Below are positions 38,886-49,205 of a stretch of DNA of 64,000 bases, piece by piece (within the stretch, counting starts at the first letter, position 1; the number at the start of each line of letters is the position of its first letter). This stretch comes from an uncultured Methanosarcinaceae archaeon (lineage in GTDB: Archaea; Halobacteriota; Methanosarcinia; Methanosarcinales; Methanosarcinaceae). The notes beneath the pieces were generated by a model. The model worked only from the letters and a program-made list of their open reading frames with translations, had not been told where the DNA came from and searched no databases. The position numbers and the translations under genes are program-made. Location: contig CAVTET010000001.1 of assembly GCA_963733675.1 (NCBI GenBank), positions 512,001-576,000 of the forward strand, written 5' to 3'.

Positions 38886-39740
38886 GGTTCCGTTGCAAAA
38901 AATCCTTTCTAATGATACAATAGAATAAAAAGAAAACCAAAGATAGTAACATGCTATCTAATTCCTTTAAATGGAAGCATTATGAAGGGGAAATTATCTT
39001 ATTGAATGTAAGATGGTACTTAAAATATGCATTAAGTTATAGAAATTTGAAGGAAATGATGGCAGAAAGGGGAGTAAAAGTCGACCATACAACAATCATG
39101 AGATGGGTACATCAATATTCCCCTGAAATAGAAAAGAAGATAAGAAGACATTTAAGACCAACAAATTATTCGTGGAGAGTTGATGAAACCTATATCAAAG
39201 TAAAAGGTAAATAGAAATATTTTTACCGAGCAGTTGACTCAAATGGAGATACAATTGATTTCATGTTAAGTTCAAAACGAGATAGAAAGGCAGCGAAGAG
39301 ATTCTTTAAGAAAGCTTTAAGTTCTAATCATAATCAAATTCCAAGATTAATAACCGTTGATAAGAATCCAGCTTATCCACCTGCTATAGATAAACTAAAA
39401 ATTGATAAAATACTACCTAAAAACGTAGGCATTCGACAAATCAAGTATTTGAATAACATTATAGAACAAGATCATAGATCTATAAAGAGAATCGTTAATC
39501 CAATGTTAGGATTTCAGTCTTTTCGATCTGCTAATAAGACTTTAAAAGGAATTGAAGCTATAAATATGATCAAAAAAGGACAAGTAATCGATCTAAATTA
39601 CTATGTTCTTAATGAAGTCAAATACATTAATCAATTATTTGGTATAGTTTTATAATGTTAGTACATTTTCCTTGAATGTTTTGATTTTTATTAATCACTT
39701 ATAGATTTACATATTTTGTTGAAGTTTTTGCAACGGAACC
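38886..39740 (+). mobile_element. IS6-family insertion sequence (855 bp)
   Basis: Perfect 16-bp terminal IRs GGTTCCGTTGCAAAAA; no target duplication seen. Confidence 0.92.
38951..39655 (+). CDS. IS6-family DDE transposase with an in-frame TAG at 39212-39214
   Basis: LSYRNLKEMMAERG, WRVDETYIKVKGK*KYFYRAVD, TVDKNPAY, KYLNNIIEQDHR; both halves share one frame. Confidence 0.88.
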
Positions 39741-39871
39741 TCTGATGCTCTATTAAAGGTATTTTCCTTGGCTAATAATCGGTCCTCTTAGCTATCTTTT
39801 TATTGCTACCGAAAACTTTAATATCTAACAGATTCATGAGAAGAATTTATCACAATTTCTTAGATCTTCAT

Positions 39872-39943
39872 GCGACTGTAGTTTAGTGGCTATGACCTGA
39901 GCTTCCCAAGCTTAGAACCCGGGTTCGAATCCCGGCAGTCGCA
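39872..39943 (+). tRNA. tRNA-Gly (CCC)
   Basis: Acceptor GCGACTG/CAGTCGC, anticodon loop TT-CCC-AA, T-arm CCGGG-TTCGAAT-CCCGG. Confidence 0.95.
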
Positions 39944-41338
39944 TTGATAACTTTTTTGAATATTCTTTCAAATAAAAATAAAGAATATCTTTATTTGCAA
40001 GATGAAATTATAAAAAATTTATGCGAAAAATTTTTTGGATATTTTTCCAGCAAGATTCTCTTTTGGAATATATTTTGCTAAATTTAAAAAAGGGGCGATT
40101 CTGCGGATATTTCTCATGCAGTTTATTTCCTGCAATATTGCTGCATGGTAACTATTATAGTGGGCAAAGTGGTACAAATAACCCTCTTTACACTGATTCA
40201 ATACGCAAATTTTGGTGGGCTGATTTTATTTCACTGTTTGTGATTGATATTTTTTATTTCTCTATCAATCAAAAATCATAAGTATCCATTGAATCAAAAT
40301 AGATATCTTCCACTGATTTATGGTATGCTGAATTGTTACTCACATTTTTTTTCTTTGTCATCAATTATATTCACAGTATATGTGATAATTTTTAGTCTAA
40401 TTGATGCTTATTTAGCCTCGGCAATAAAATTCCAATTTGTCCCAGCTTTTAAGAGAGCATATTTGCATTATTTATATCTATACTAATAAGAAATTATATG
40501 GGTATATGTTGTTGCTGTGGCAAATCACAAAAAGCATTTTTTTCTCTAACAAGTGAAATATTGAGTTAAATATGTTCATAATATTTTTGCTCTAGCAATG
40601 ACCGTAGAGTGTTTTGATAAACTTCCACATCGTTGTCATATGTTTATTAATTATGTGCAAATGACTCGTTCAAATCAAAGATTTATGAACTTCTCTTAAA
40701 TCACTCGATTTATTATGGACCGTCTAATTGCCTAAAGAGCCAATCTCAACATCCGTTATCAAAATCACATTCGAGCTTTGCTCTTATTTATTGCTCTTAT
40801 TTATATAACTGAAATTTCAAAACACTATTAAATATTATTTTGTTATTTAGGTCCTTAACAATGTAAATTTTAATAACAATTTGTGAAGCTAAAAATTGTG
40901 AAAAGAAATTAAACTAAAAAGCTCACAATATGTTGAAAAAAGCAAAGGAAGTTAGTAAGCGAACAAACATAATTCAAGCAAATAGATAACAAGATTTATA
41001 TTGGAAGATCTCTTATTATGAATATTGATAAAGTTACGCCTCAAAAAATAAAATGAGTTAAACGGTTAAAAGTATTAATATCCTCCTCGAATTGTATGGG
41101 AAAAAGTGAATTGCAGATACTTGGTGAAAGTTTAGAAAATTCGGTCAAGTCTATAAAATATACTCAAAAGCATACTCAACTTTATAATTAATACAAATTT
41201 CACATAATTTTTTTGGTTTGGAAAATTCTGCATCTATTTGAGGAGGATACAAATACTCCGTTAATGGGGGATATGGCGTTTGTTTAGCTTATGCTGTAAT
41301 TTTAACAAATGCTTATATTTGTAACAGGAAGTGGATAA

Positions 41339-43516
41339 ATGGACAAAAAGAAAACAAAACTTGCGGTTGCAAGCAATCGATTGATTGCTTTGATACCAAA
41401 AATGGACAAAGCTACGAAGCATCAGATGCTCTCATTTGTTTCTTTAGTGATGATTACTATAGTTCTTACACCGTTTGTGCTAGCAGGAGAAGCATCACCT
41501 TTGCCACAGACATCTTCAGGCACCACAGTTACAAAAACAGTTACGGATGTTGCAGGACAAGGACCTGTAGGAAATGTAACAAAAGCTGGAGATATAATCA
41601 GCTATCTGATTAATGTAACAACTCCTGTTAGAATCGGTAATCTGGCAAATGTAAAAGTTACTGATCCCATGATTAACCTTTTTGAATCAGCCACTTATAC
41701 TGGTGATTACAAGGTGACTCAGGATGACCTAAACAGTAATGGTCAGGGGACAGGATTCATCAATAACACAGCAACCGTTTACGTGAAGGGGCAGAATCCT
41801 CAAGTCCAAAGTAGCAGTATTCTAACGCCTATAATCCAAAATCCTTCATATACAATTAACGAAACCATTAATGTTGTAGGGAATGAGACTGGGGGAAATG
41901 TAACAAAAGCAGGAGATGTACTCAGTTATCAGTTTGTAGTGATGAATGATGGAAACATTGAGCTTAGTGATGTAACCGTTAATGATACTCTTGTGAGCCT
42001 AACAGAACTTAATAACTCAGTTCTCGACGTAGGAGAGAACTCGACTTATACTGGTAATTATACGGTTACTCAGGATGATATGAACAGTAATGGTAATGGG
42101 ACTGGGTTCATCAACAATACTGTAACTGTTGATTGTGATCAACTAGGGGCGGAAAACTATAGTTTCCAAACACCTATCATTCAGGATCCCTCATATACAG
42201 TTAACATAATAGTTACAGATGTTAACGGAAATGGCCCTGGAGAAAATATTACCAAAGAGGGAGATGTAATCAGCTACCAGATTGAAGTGATAAATAATGG
42301 AAACATTGACCTTAACAATGTAACTGTCACTGATCCCTTGGTGAATCTAACAGGACCTATAGAGTCAAACAGTAATGATACAATTCTCAACGTAGGAGAA
42401 AACTGGACTTATACCGGAAATTATACGGTTACTCATGCAGACATAACTAATAATGATGGCGGAGGGTTCATCAACAAAGTTACTGTCTATTCTGGTAAGT
42501 TAGATCCTAAATCAGCCAGCATTGCCGTACCTATAGATCCCTCTTGCTCTATTTCCGCAAGCATCACCGATGTTGCTGGAAGAGGACCATCAGGAAATGT
42601 AACATCTGCTGGAGATTTAATCAGCTACCAGATTGATGTGACTAATAATGGGAAAGTTGATCTTTCCAATGTAACACTTGATGATACTCTGACTGAGGTT
42701 CTAGGATCAGTAGATAATCCGAGGCTTCTAAGATCAGTACATAATCCGAGGTTTGTAAGATCAGTAGCTAGTCCGAGTATTGATACTCATATCAGTGGTG
42801 GAGTCCTCAAAGTAGGGGAAACAATAACCTACCTTGGCAATTACACTACCTCTCAGGCAGACATAAACAATAATGAAACTCAGTACATTAAAGACACTGC
42901 GACAGTTAACTGTGATCAGCTGGGTCCAAAATCAGTCAGCTCTATGGTACCGATAGTCTCCTTCACCCACGTGGGCATAGATGACGATTGTAATAATGTT
43001 GTGCTTACTAAAAGTAAAGAGACTATGAAACAAAGCGAGTTCCCGGATAAAACCAACAGCAAAGTACTGCCAAAAAATCGTGCCTCATCTACCAAAACTC
43101 CTTCATCTGCCAAAACTCCTGATACTGACAAAGCTCCTGAGACTGCCGAGTCAAAAATTCTTCCTGTAACAAACACTGATACTACTATAAGTGGAAGCAG
43201 CGGTAGCAGCAACGGCAACAATGTCAACGGCGAAAGTAATTTAATCAGCAGTAGCAGTGGAGAAAGTAGCTTGAGCAGTAGTAGCGGTAGTAGCTCAGTG
43301 AGTAAGATGACAGCAAAGCAATCTGTGGATGAAACAAAGACTAAAACTAATAATCCGCAAAACACTGTAAGTACACCAGCAAATGTTAAACCGCCTATGC
43401 AAAGAGAAAGTCCAATTCCTACTACTGATGTAGGAAAGAAGACAAGCATTCCTGGCTTTGAAATTGTTTGTGGTATAACTGCCCTTTTAGCTGTATTCCT
43501 GTGTAGGAAAAAATAA
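41339..43516 (+). CDS. Cell-surface glycoprotein with repeated Ig-like (DUF11-like) domains, Ser-rich linker and PGF-CTERM anchor
   Basis: Four repeats of GNVTKAGD.ISY.I.V.N.G...L.NVTV.D; many N-x-S/T sequons; C-terminal IPGFEIVCGITALLAVFLCRKK (archaeosortase A signal). Confidence 0.85.
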   Translation: MDKKKTKLAVASNRLIALIPKMDKATKHQMLSFVSLVMITIVLTPFVLAGEASPLPQTSSGTTVTKTVTDVAGQGPVGNVTKAGDIISYLINVTTPVRIGNLANVKVTDPMINLFESATYTGDYKVTQDDLNSNGQGTGFINNTATVYVKGQNPQVQSSSILTPIIQNPSYTINETINVVGNETGGNVTKAGDVLSYQFVVMNDGNIELSDVTVNDTLVSLTELNNSVLDVGENSTYTGNYTVTQDDMNSNGNGTGFINNTVTVDCDQLGAENYSFQTPIIQDPSYTVNIIVTDVNGNGPGENITKEGDVISYQIEVINNGNIDLNNVTVTDPLVNLTGPIESNSNDTILNVGENWTYTGNYTVTHADITNNDGGGFINKVTVYSGKLDPKSASIAVPIDPSCSISASITDVAGRGPSGNVTSAGDLISYQIDVTNNGKVDLSNVTLDDTLTEVLGSVDNPRLLRSVHNPRFVRSVASPSIDTHISGGVLKVGETITYLGNYTTSQADINNNETQYIKDTATVNCDQLGPKSVSSMVPIVSFTHVGIDDDCNNVVLTKSKETMKQSEFPDKTNSKVLPKNRASSTKTPSSAKTPDTDKAPETAESKILPVTNTDTTISGSSGSSNGNNVNGESNLISSSSGESSLSSSSGSSSVSKMTAKQSVDETKTKTNNPQNTVSTPANVKPPMQRESPIPTTDVGKKTSIPGFEIVCGITALLAVFLCRKK
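42695..42777 (+). repeat. Three imperfect ~27-nt tandem repeats inside the surface protein gene
   Basis: GAGG..CTA.GATCAGTA.ATAATCC three times, encoding LGSVDNPRL/LRSVHNPRF/VRSVASPSI. Confidence 0.7.
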
Positions 43517-43561
43517 AACGTAAAATAAAAAAGTGAATCGAAAGATTTCATTATAGAAAAA

Positions 43562-43600
43562 AGATAGGATGAAGATCCTATACCTTCATCTTATCTATTT
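43562..43600 (+). terminator. Hairpin plus T-rich tract after the surface protein gene
   Basis: AGATAGGATGAAG / CTTCATCTTATCT stem followed by T-rich sequence. Confidence 0.5.
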
Positions 43601-43820
43601 TCTTTCACTATTTCTTCATTCTTTTTTTACGATGCAGAATATCTTAGAGTATATCCCTTAAACGCTGCCAGAATACTTTATATGATGAACTACTATAAGT
43701 TCCCTTTAATCCTTTTAACTTCATAAAATGTGGGGAATTTCGATTAACATCTGATTTTCACGAGTAATTTATATATCATTAATAAGCATAAGACGAAATA
43801 TAGGCGTTTATCGAACTCCT

Positions 43821-44393
43821 CTATGGAATCATGTCAATCCAATCAATGGAGCCAGGCTTATATTCCAGTAAATCTTTTTCATTTCCATTTAAAATATTGT
43901 CTATGATTTTTTCAATATCTTGTCCTACTTCTTCAATGGTTTTTCCTGTGGTATTTACTTCAAAAATTTTGTTGCACCATTCGAAAGCCTCAATTAGGAT
44001 CACATCAAGGGCTTCAGCTTCAATATTCTCATTTATTTTCTCTTCTGAATAGCAACGTGTTTTCAGTCTTATATTTAATTCAGGTGGATATGCCCTAAGT
44101 ACAATAACAATGTCTGCGATATAATGGGCTAGGTGACTTTCAAGAATCATTACAGTTCCTTTCTTTCCATGCTCCACTTTATGTTTCTCTTCATCAATAA
44201 TTTTTATAAGGTATTCCCGAATAATTTCCATGTCGGCAATGACAGTATCCCTTTTCTCATCAATTTCAGTGTATAAATGCTCTTCTTTAATCAAGTCATT
44301 GAGGTGGATTGCTTTCCAGTGCCTCTTTTTTTCAAGAAACCTGCTAACGGAGGTTTTTCCAGTGCCGGGTGTACCGGTGAGTCCTATTAACAT
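43821..44393 (-). CDS. Archaeal adenylate kinase family protein (Fap7/AK6-like)
   Basis: P-loop GTPGTGKT, ESHLAH, EEKINENIEAE motifs. Confidence 0.9.
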   Translation of the reverse strand: MLIGLTGTPGTGKTSVSRFLEKKRHWKAIHLNDLIKEEHLYTEIDEKRDTVIADMEIIREYLIKIIDEEKHKVEHGKKGTVMILESHLAHYIADIVIVLRAYPPELNIRLKTRCYSEEKINENIEAEALDVILIEAFEWCNKIFEVNTTGKTIEEVGQDIEKIIDNILNGNEKDLLEYKPGSIDWIDMIP

Positions 44394-45252
44394 GGAAATA
44401 AAAATGAATTTATGTCAATTATACTTAATGCAGCTCTGAAAAAATAGCACTGAGAGTACACGCACGTAGTTACTTCTGTTCTCCAAAGCCTGCGGTTTCA
44501 CAACAATTAAGCTACCGATCTGCTCCATTAAATTTATACAAATCTAAAAAAGATTTTTTTTAATTTGTTGTGTCATTTTTTTTCGCAATTCTATCTCAAA
44601 ATATAATTTTATCTCTATAATTTTGAATTAGTGATAATATATAATAAAAAATTTCATCAAGTAAAGTATTATATCAAAGATTCATATGATTTTGAAGATA
44701 TAAGATCATAAACTGGATGTGTCTATACCATAAGTTGAACCACTTTTAGTTGTCACAATCAACGATTTCATTACTTCAAATAATTTTTGTTACATCCTTT
44801 TGATTTGTAACAATGGTTTCGGAATTAAAGAGATTCGAAAATGCTGTTAAAGGAGAAGGATTTTAATTCTTCAAAGCGGCATTCTCAGTTTACTGGGTGC
44901 TCTTGTAGGCAAGGTCCATTGAAGAGTTGCCATTCATTCCAATATGGCAATTAAGGACTCCATTTAGCCGCTTCAGCACTCTATGATGGACTTACAACTC
45001 ATAAAATTCTAATATATATTATCGGAGATCTTCTGGTTATTATTTAACTGATCTATAAATTATTCGTCAAAGTTAGAAGTTTACCAAAACATTCTTTTTT
45101 TAATTCCTGGAAATTTAGATAAATATCTAAACTTGGTTGATTATTTATAAAAAGCGCATACACAATTCTTTAAGCTTAGATACCTATCGGAATTCTCTCA
45201 AATTTAACCGCTTCATTTTTTCATTGATTTGAGAATTCCATTTTAACAAACT

Positions 45253-45879
45253 TCAAATTTGAGACAACCTTACCCTTCCTCTGCTAATATCGAGCCTGAA
45301 TTTTTGACTGATATATTTTTTTGCATATCCTTCTCCGTGTATGAGCAGCTCGACAAGATCATCAGGTTCATCTATATCCATAGCTCCAAAAAAAGAATCA
45401 TATATTTCTATATTCTGCCCTGCTTCGGTAGCGATCGAGCAGTGTGTCAGAAAGCTTGAGCCATAGTACTTGACCCTGTAGCGTGAAGGTGTCTTGACAA
45501 AAAGGATATTTGTCCCCCCTCCCTTTCCTGGGACTATACATACATCCTCTTTTGTTGAAATTATCGCTTTTATATGTTTTGGGGAAAGAAGGGGCAGGTC
45601 AGCCATAGCAATAAGTGTTGGCTCCTTTGCTTGTCCAAGATACCTGTTAAGAGCCTCATTCAAGTCGCTTTTATCTAGAAGAACTCGTGCCATCATCATG
45701 TTTTCAAGGCCATACATTGAAGGACTAAGGATATCGATATTTTCTATCCCAGCTTCTCGAACTGAGTCTATTACCTGATTCAGCATGATTTCCACAAATT
45801 CTTCCCTTTCTTCCTGGCTCAGGATCGAGGACAATCGGGACTTTGCACTGGCTTTTTTGTAGGGAATTACTGCTTTCAT
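45253..45879 (-). CDS. cofC: 2-phospho-L-lactate/PEP guanylyltransferase
   Basis: AKSRLS, MADLPLL, GGGTN, DIDEPDDL motifs; clustered with cofG and cofH. Confidence 0.92.
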   Translation of the reverse strand: MKAVIPYKKASAKSRLSSILSQEEREEFVEIMLNQVIDSVREAGIENIDILSPSMYGLENMMMARVLLDKSDLNEALNRYLGQAKEPTLIAMADLPLLSPKHIKAIISTKEDVCIVPGKGGGTNILFVKTPSRYRVKYYGSSFLTHCSIATEAGQNIEIYDSFFGAMDIDEPDDLVELLIHGEGYAKKYISQKFRLDISRGRVRLSQI

Positions 45880-45949
45880 CTTGACTCCTAAAATAGGGAT
45901 TTTTTAACCTTCGGAAAACGTCTATTTTCGATCTTTCTTGCTCTCTGGT

Positions 45950-46960
45950 ACTTACTCTGGTTATTCAACAATTCGAAAGTGAATCCTCTTCTACGGATAA
46001 TTGGGGTTAAATATCCTTAACGAATTTTCCTATGAATAGGAATTTTTCCTGCATTTTTTCAACCATTCAAATTTTGTAGGAATAAACATCCGCTATGGAT
46101 TCCTCAGGATGTTGTTGAGATCTTATTCACCATAAGCGTAATTTCATATAATTTGCTCACATTTCATACTACCTAAACAAATTTTTCCAGATCTTAACCC
46201 CTGGGTTCTGAATGTTACTCAAATAGGTGTGAGGAATATGCTGGAAATGGTTACGATATGCATATCTTTAAATTCATTACTGGTGAACTTTCCTTATACC
46301 AGCATCTTTTATCCATTCGGTTATTCTAGGAAAAAAGACATGGAGATTATTTCTGAAAAACCCTAAGGTCTCTTTCTAATTTCGTGGATAATAATTATAT
46401 GGTCTAGATATTTTTCTACAGTCTCTAAATGTCCGTACATGATGGTTACATTGGTGGAAATTTCAATCTTATGCACCAAAGTTGTGGTATTGATCCATTT
46501 CTGGGTCTTGATTTTCCCAGGACAAATAATCTTTTAATGCTCTTGGATAAAATATCAGCTGAGGTACATGTGGGGGGATAAATCTCGTTTCTACAGTCTC
46601 AAGATAGAATCCCATGTCAATATCGGGTATATCCTCCTTCCATACGAATCTAGGCAGCTTCGTCTTTTCTTGCTTCACCTACTTTTGTGAGAATATCTCC
46701 CAACCTCAATATTAATAGAATCTTTTCGTCTTGCAGGCATAGATTCCACAGTTTCCTGCATTCGCCAAATGTATATGTCCCTTATGAGACATAACTAACA
46801 ACACCATATGGCCTGAAATCATAGTATATCTCAAATTCAAAAAGCTCAAATGGATTTCCTTCAAGAAGTATAAAAAAAGCATTTTCTTTGGTGCACCTTT
46901 CCTCATTTGCTCTGTCAACGACATCATTAGTATAGATGTCTCTTTTTCATGTACATTATG
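45950..46960 (-). pseudogene. Degraded second cofH paralog
   Basis: Fragments PDIDMGFYLETVE and ISTNVTIMYGHLETVEKYLDHIIIIHEIRK match the neighbouring CofH (PDVGIDFYLEIVE; TATMMYGHIETPEERIEHILIIREIQK); many stops and indels. Confidence 0.75.
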
Positions 46961-47022
46961 ATCATTCCTGTTTTAGTTGGTGCATTTATATCTATTCCCG
47001 ATGGATGATCTCATTTTGAGAT

Positions 47023-48156
47023 TCAACATCTCGGTATCTTTTTTGAATTTGCAAAAGCCAGTTTATGAACTCCTTTGTATAATGTAGTTCTCTCTTTTGG
47101 AGTCCTGCCAGCTTCATGTATCATCCATTCAAGTTCTTCTTTTGAGATCCATTCCCCGTTCAAGGCTCCTGCAGATTTGGAAATGCTCTCTTCTATAAGG
47201 GTACCACCTAGGTCATTAGCTCCGCAGCAAAGAGCAAATTGGGCAAGCTTTTTCCCTAACTTTACCCAGCTTGCCTGAATATTATCCACGTGCCCATTTA
47301 AGAGGATTCGAGAGAGAGCGTAGGTTTTTAAATCTTCAAGGCCTGAGGTGGCATATCTGCCTTCTTCCATTAACTTTTTCCCTAAAGGATTGTTGTAGGG
47401 CATGAACGGTAGGGGCACAAATTCTGTAATCCTGCCTGTTTCTTTCTGAATTTCCCTTATGATCAATATATGCTCGATTCTTTCCTCAGGGGTTTCAATA
47501 TGTCCATACATCATGGTTGCAGTAGTAGGAATTTTTGCAGCGTGGGCTTGCTTGATAACTTCGATCCATTCCCTTGTCCCCATTTTATTGGGACAGATAA
47601 TCCTCCGCACCCTTTCAGAAAGTATTTCTGCTGCAGTCCCAGGCATAGTGTCAAGGCCACTTTTATTTAATCTGAAAAGGGCTTCTTTTACCGTAATTCC
47701 GCTGATGTGGGCGGCATGGTATACTTCCATTGGCGAAAAAGAATGAATGTGTATTTCAGGATATTCAGCTTTTATGGATTCTACGATCTCAAGGTAAAAG
47801 TCGATGCCTACATCAGGAAGGAGTCCCCCCTGGATACAGACTTCAGTAGCATTAGCCTGCTTTGCTTCTCTAACCTTTGCCATAATCTCTTCAGTAGTTA
47901 GGATATATCCATCCTTGTTCTTAAATGCGCAGAATCTACATGTTCCCAAACATTTGCTGGCAAAATTAATGTTCCTGTTTACTACGTAGGTAACTGTATC
48001 TCCTACAGTACGAGAGCGAAGTTCGTCCGCAAACATGAAAAGTTCTAAATGAGGTACCTTAAGGAGAAGAAGTGCATCTTCTTTTGTGCTCTTTCCCTGG
48101 TATACGCGTTCTATGAGGTCTTCTGGAATTCTGCTGTTAATTTTTAATTCCTCCAC
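47023..48156 (-). CDS. cofH: FO synthase subunit CofH
   Basis: VTYVVNRNINF, CLGTCRFCAF, MPGTAAEIL, NIQASWVKLG, GANDLGGTL motifs. Confidence 0.93.
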   Translation of the reverse strand: MEELKINSRIPEDLIERVYQGKSTKEDALLLLKVPHLELFMFADELRSRTVGDTVTYVVNRNINFASKCLGTCRFCAFKNKDGYILTTEEIMAKVREAKQANATEVCIQGGLLPDVGIDFYLEIVESIKAEYPEIHIHSFSPMEVYHAAHISGITVKEALFRLNKSGLDTMPGTAAEILSERVRRIICPNKMGTREWIEVIKQAHAAKIPTTATMMYGHIETPEERIEHILIIREIQKETGRITEFVPLPFMPYNNPLGKKLMEEGRYATSGLEDLKTYALSRILLNGHVDNIQASWVKLGKKLAQFALCCGANDLGGTLIEESISKSAGALNGEWISKEELEWMIHEAGRTPKERTTLYKGVHKLAFANSKKIPRC

Positions 48157-49169
48157 AGGCTCTTTGGTAAGTGTTGTTTCCGGTAACCTTGCGTGTCAGA
48201 CAGGTGTCTGATCAACTTGCCTATTCTTTTTGAGTACCATTTTTTTTTAATGTACTGTGGATAAATTGGTAAGCGTTCCCTTAGCAGGATGTCCCCCAGA
48301 TTATCCTGAAGGTCCTTTAATACCGGCCATTTGGCTTCGGGGTTAATCCAATCTATGGTCAAAGGAGATATGCCTCCCAAATCCGTTGCCCCTTTTTCGA
48401 TAAGGGATTTTGGATCAATGATGTTTGGAGCCACCTGAACTGCTATATTATATGGAAGGATCTGTCTGGCAAGAAACACCGTATCAATTATTTCTTCGAC
48501 TGTAGGCTCAGGAAAGTTTTCCATGGGCGTCCCTGGTTTTGGGACAAAGTTCTGGATAATAACTTCTTGGATATGCTCATATTCCCTGTGAAGATCTGCA
48601 ATAACTTCTAGGGATTTAATTCTGTCCTCCCGCTTCTCTCCGATCCCTACTAAGAGGCCAGTAGTATAGGGAATCTGAAGTTTTCCAGCTTCTCGAATTG
48701 TATGAAGCCTGCGTTCTGGAGCTTTTCCACAACAGTTTTCATGGGCAACAAGTGTTGCCATACTCTCAAGCATCAGCCCCATACTGGCATTCAGAGGTTT
48801 TAATGTCTCAAGTTCTGAGCGGTTCATAATCCCCGCATTCGTATGAGGAAGGATTCCTAAATCTATTGCTGTTTCACAAAGAAAGAATAGGTATTCCAAA
48901 GTAGAGGAGTAACCGAGCTCTTTAAGCAATTTTTCATACCCTAACACCTCTTCTGGATACTCTCCAAAAGTAAAAAGAACCTCAGTGCACCCTGCTTTTA
49001 CCCCATTTTTTAGAATTGGTATAATTTCTTCGGGTCTCATTAGCTTGGCATCTGGTTGGTCTGGTTCCCGTTTGAAGCCACAGTAAGCACAGCAATTCCT
49101 GCACATATTGGTTACAGGAATGAAAACATTTTTTGTGTAAGTAACAAAGTAGGAATTTTTTGGTTGAAT
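48144..49169 (-). CDS. cofG: FO synthase subunit CofG; probable start at non-canonical ATT (49169)
   Basis: The conserved N-terminal FVTYTKNVFIPVTN lies in frame upstream of the predicted Met (49106), followed by CRNCCAYC, LPHTNAG, QEVIIQNF, DLGGISP. The upstream frame has no ATG/GTG/TTG before a TGA. Confidence 0.85.
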   Translation of the reverse strand: MQPKNSYFVTYTKNVFIPVTNMCRNCCAYCGFKREPDQPDAKLMRPEEIIPILKNGVKAGCTEVLFTFGEYPEEVLGYEKLLKELGYSSTLEYLFFLCETAIDLGILPHTNAGIMNRSELETLKPLNASMGLMLESMATLVAHENCCGKAPERRLHTIREAGKLQIPYTTGLLVGIGEKREDRIKSLEVIADLHREYEHIQEVIIQNFVPKPGTPMENFPEPTVEEIIDTVFLARQILPYNIAVQVAPNIIDPKSLIEKGATDLGGISPLTIDWINPEAKWPVLKDLQDNLGDILLRERLPIYPQYIKKKWYSKRIGKLIRHLSDTQGYRKQHLPKSLWRN

Positions 49170-49205
49170 GGTAAAACACCTGTTGAATTTACTTCATCCT
49201 TAAAT

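Noticed and set aside
40019-40486. Short ORFs in the AT-rich spacer after tRNA-Gly
   Set aside because: Biased composition, no RBS or motifs; probably spurious.
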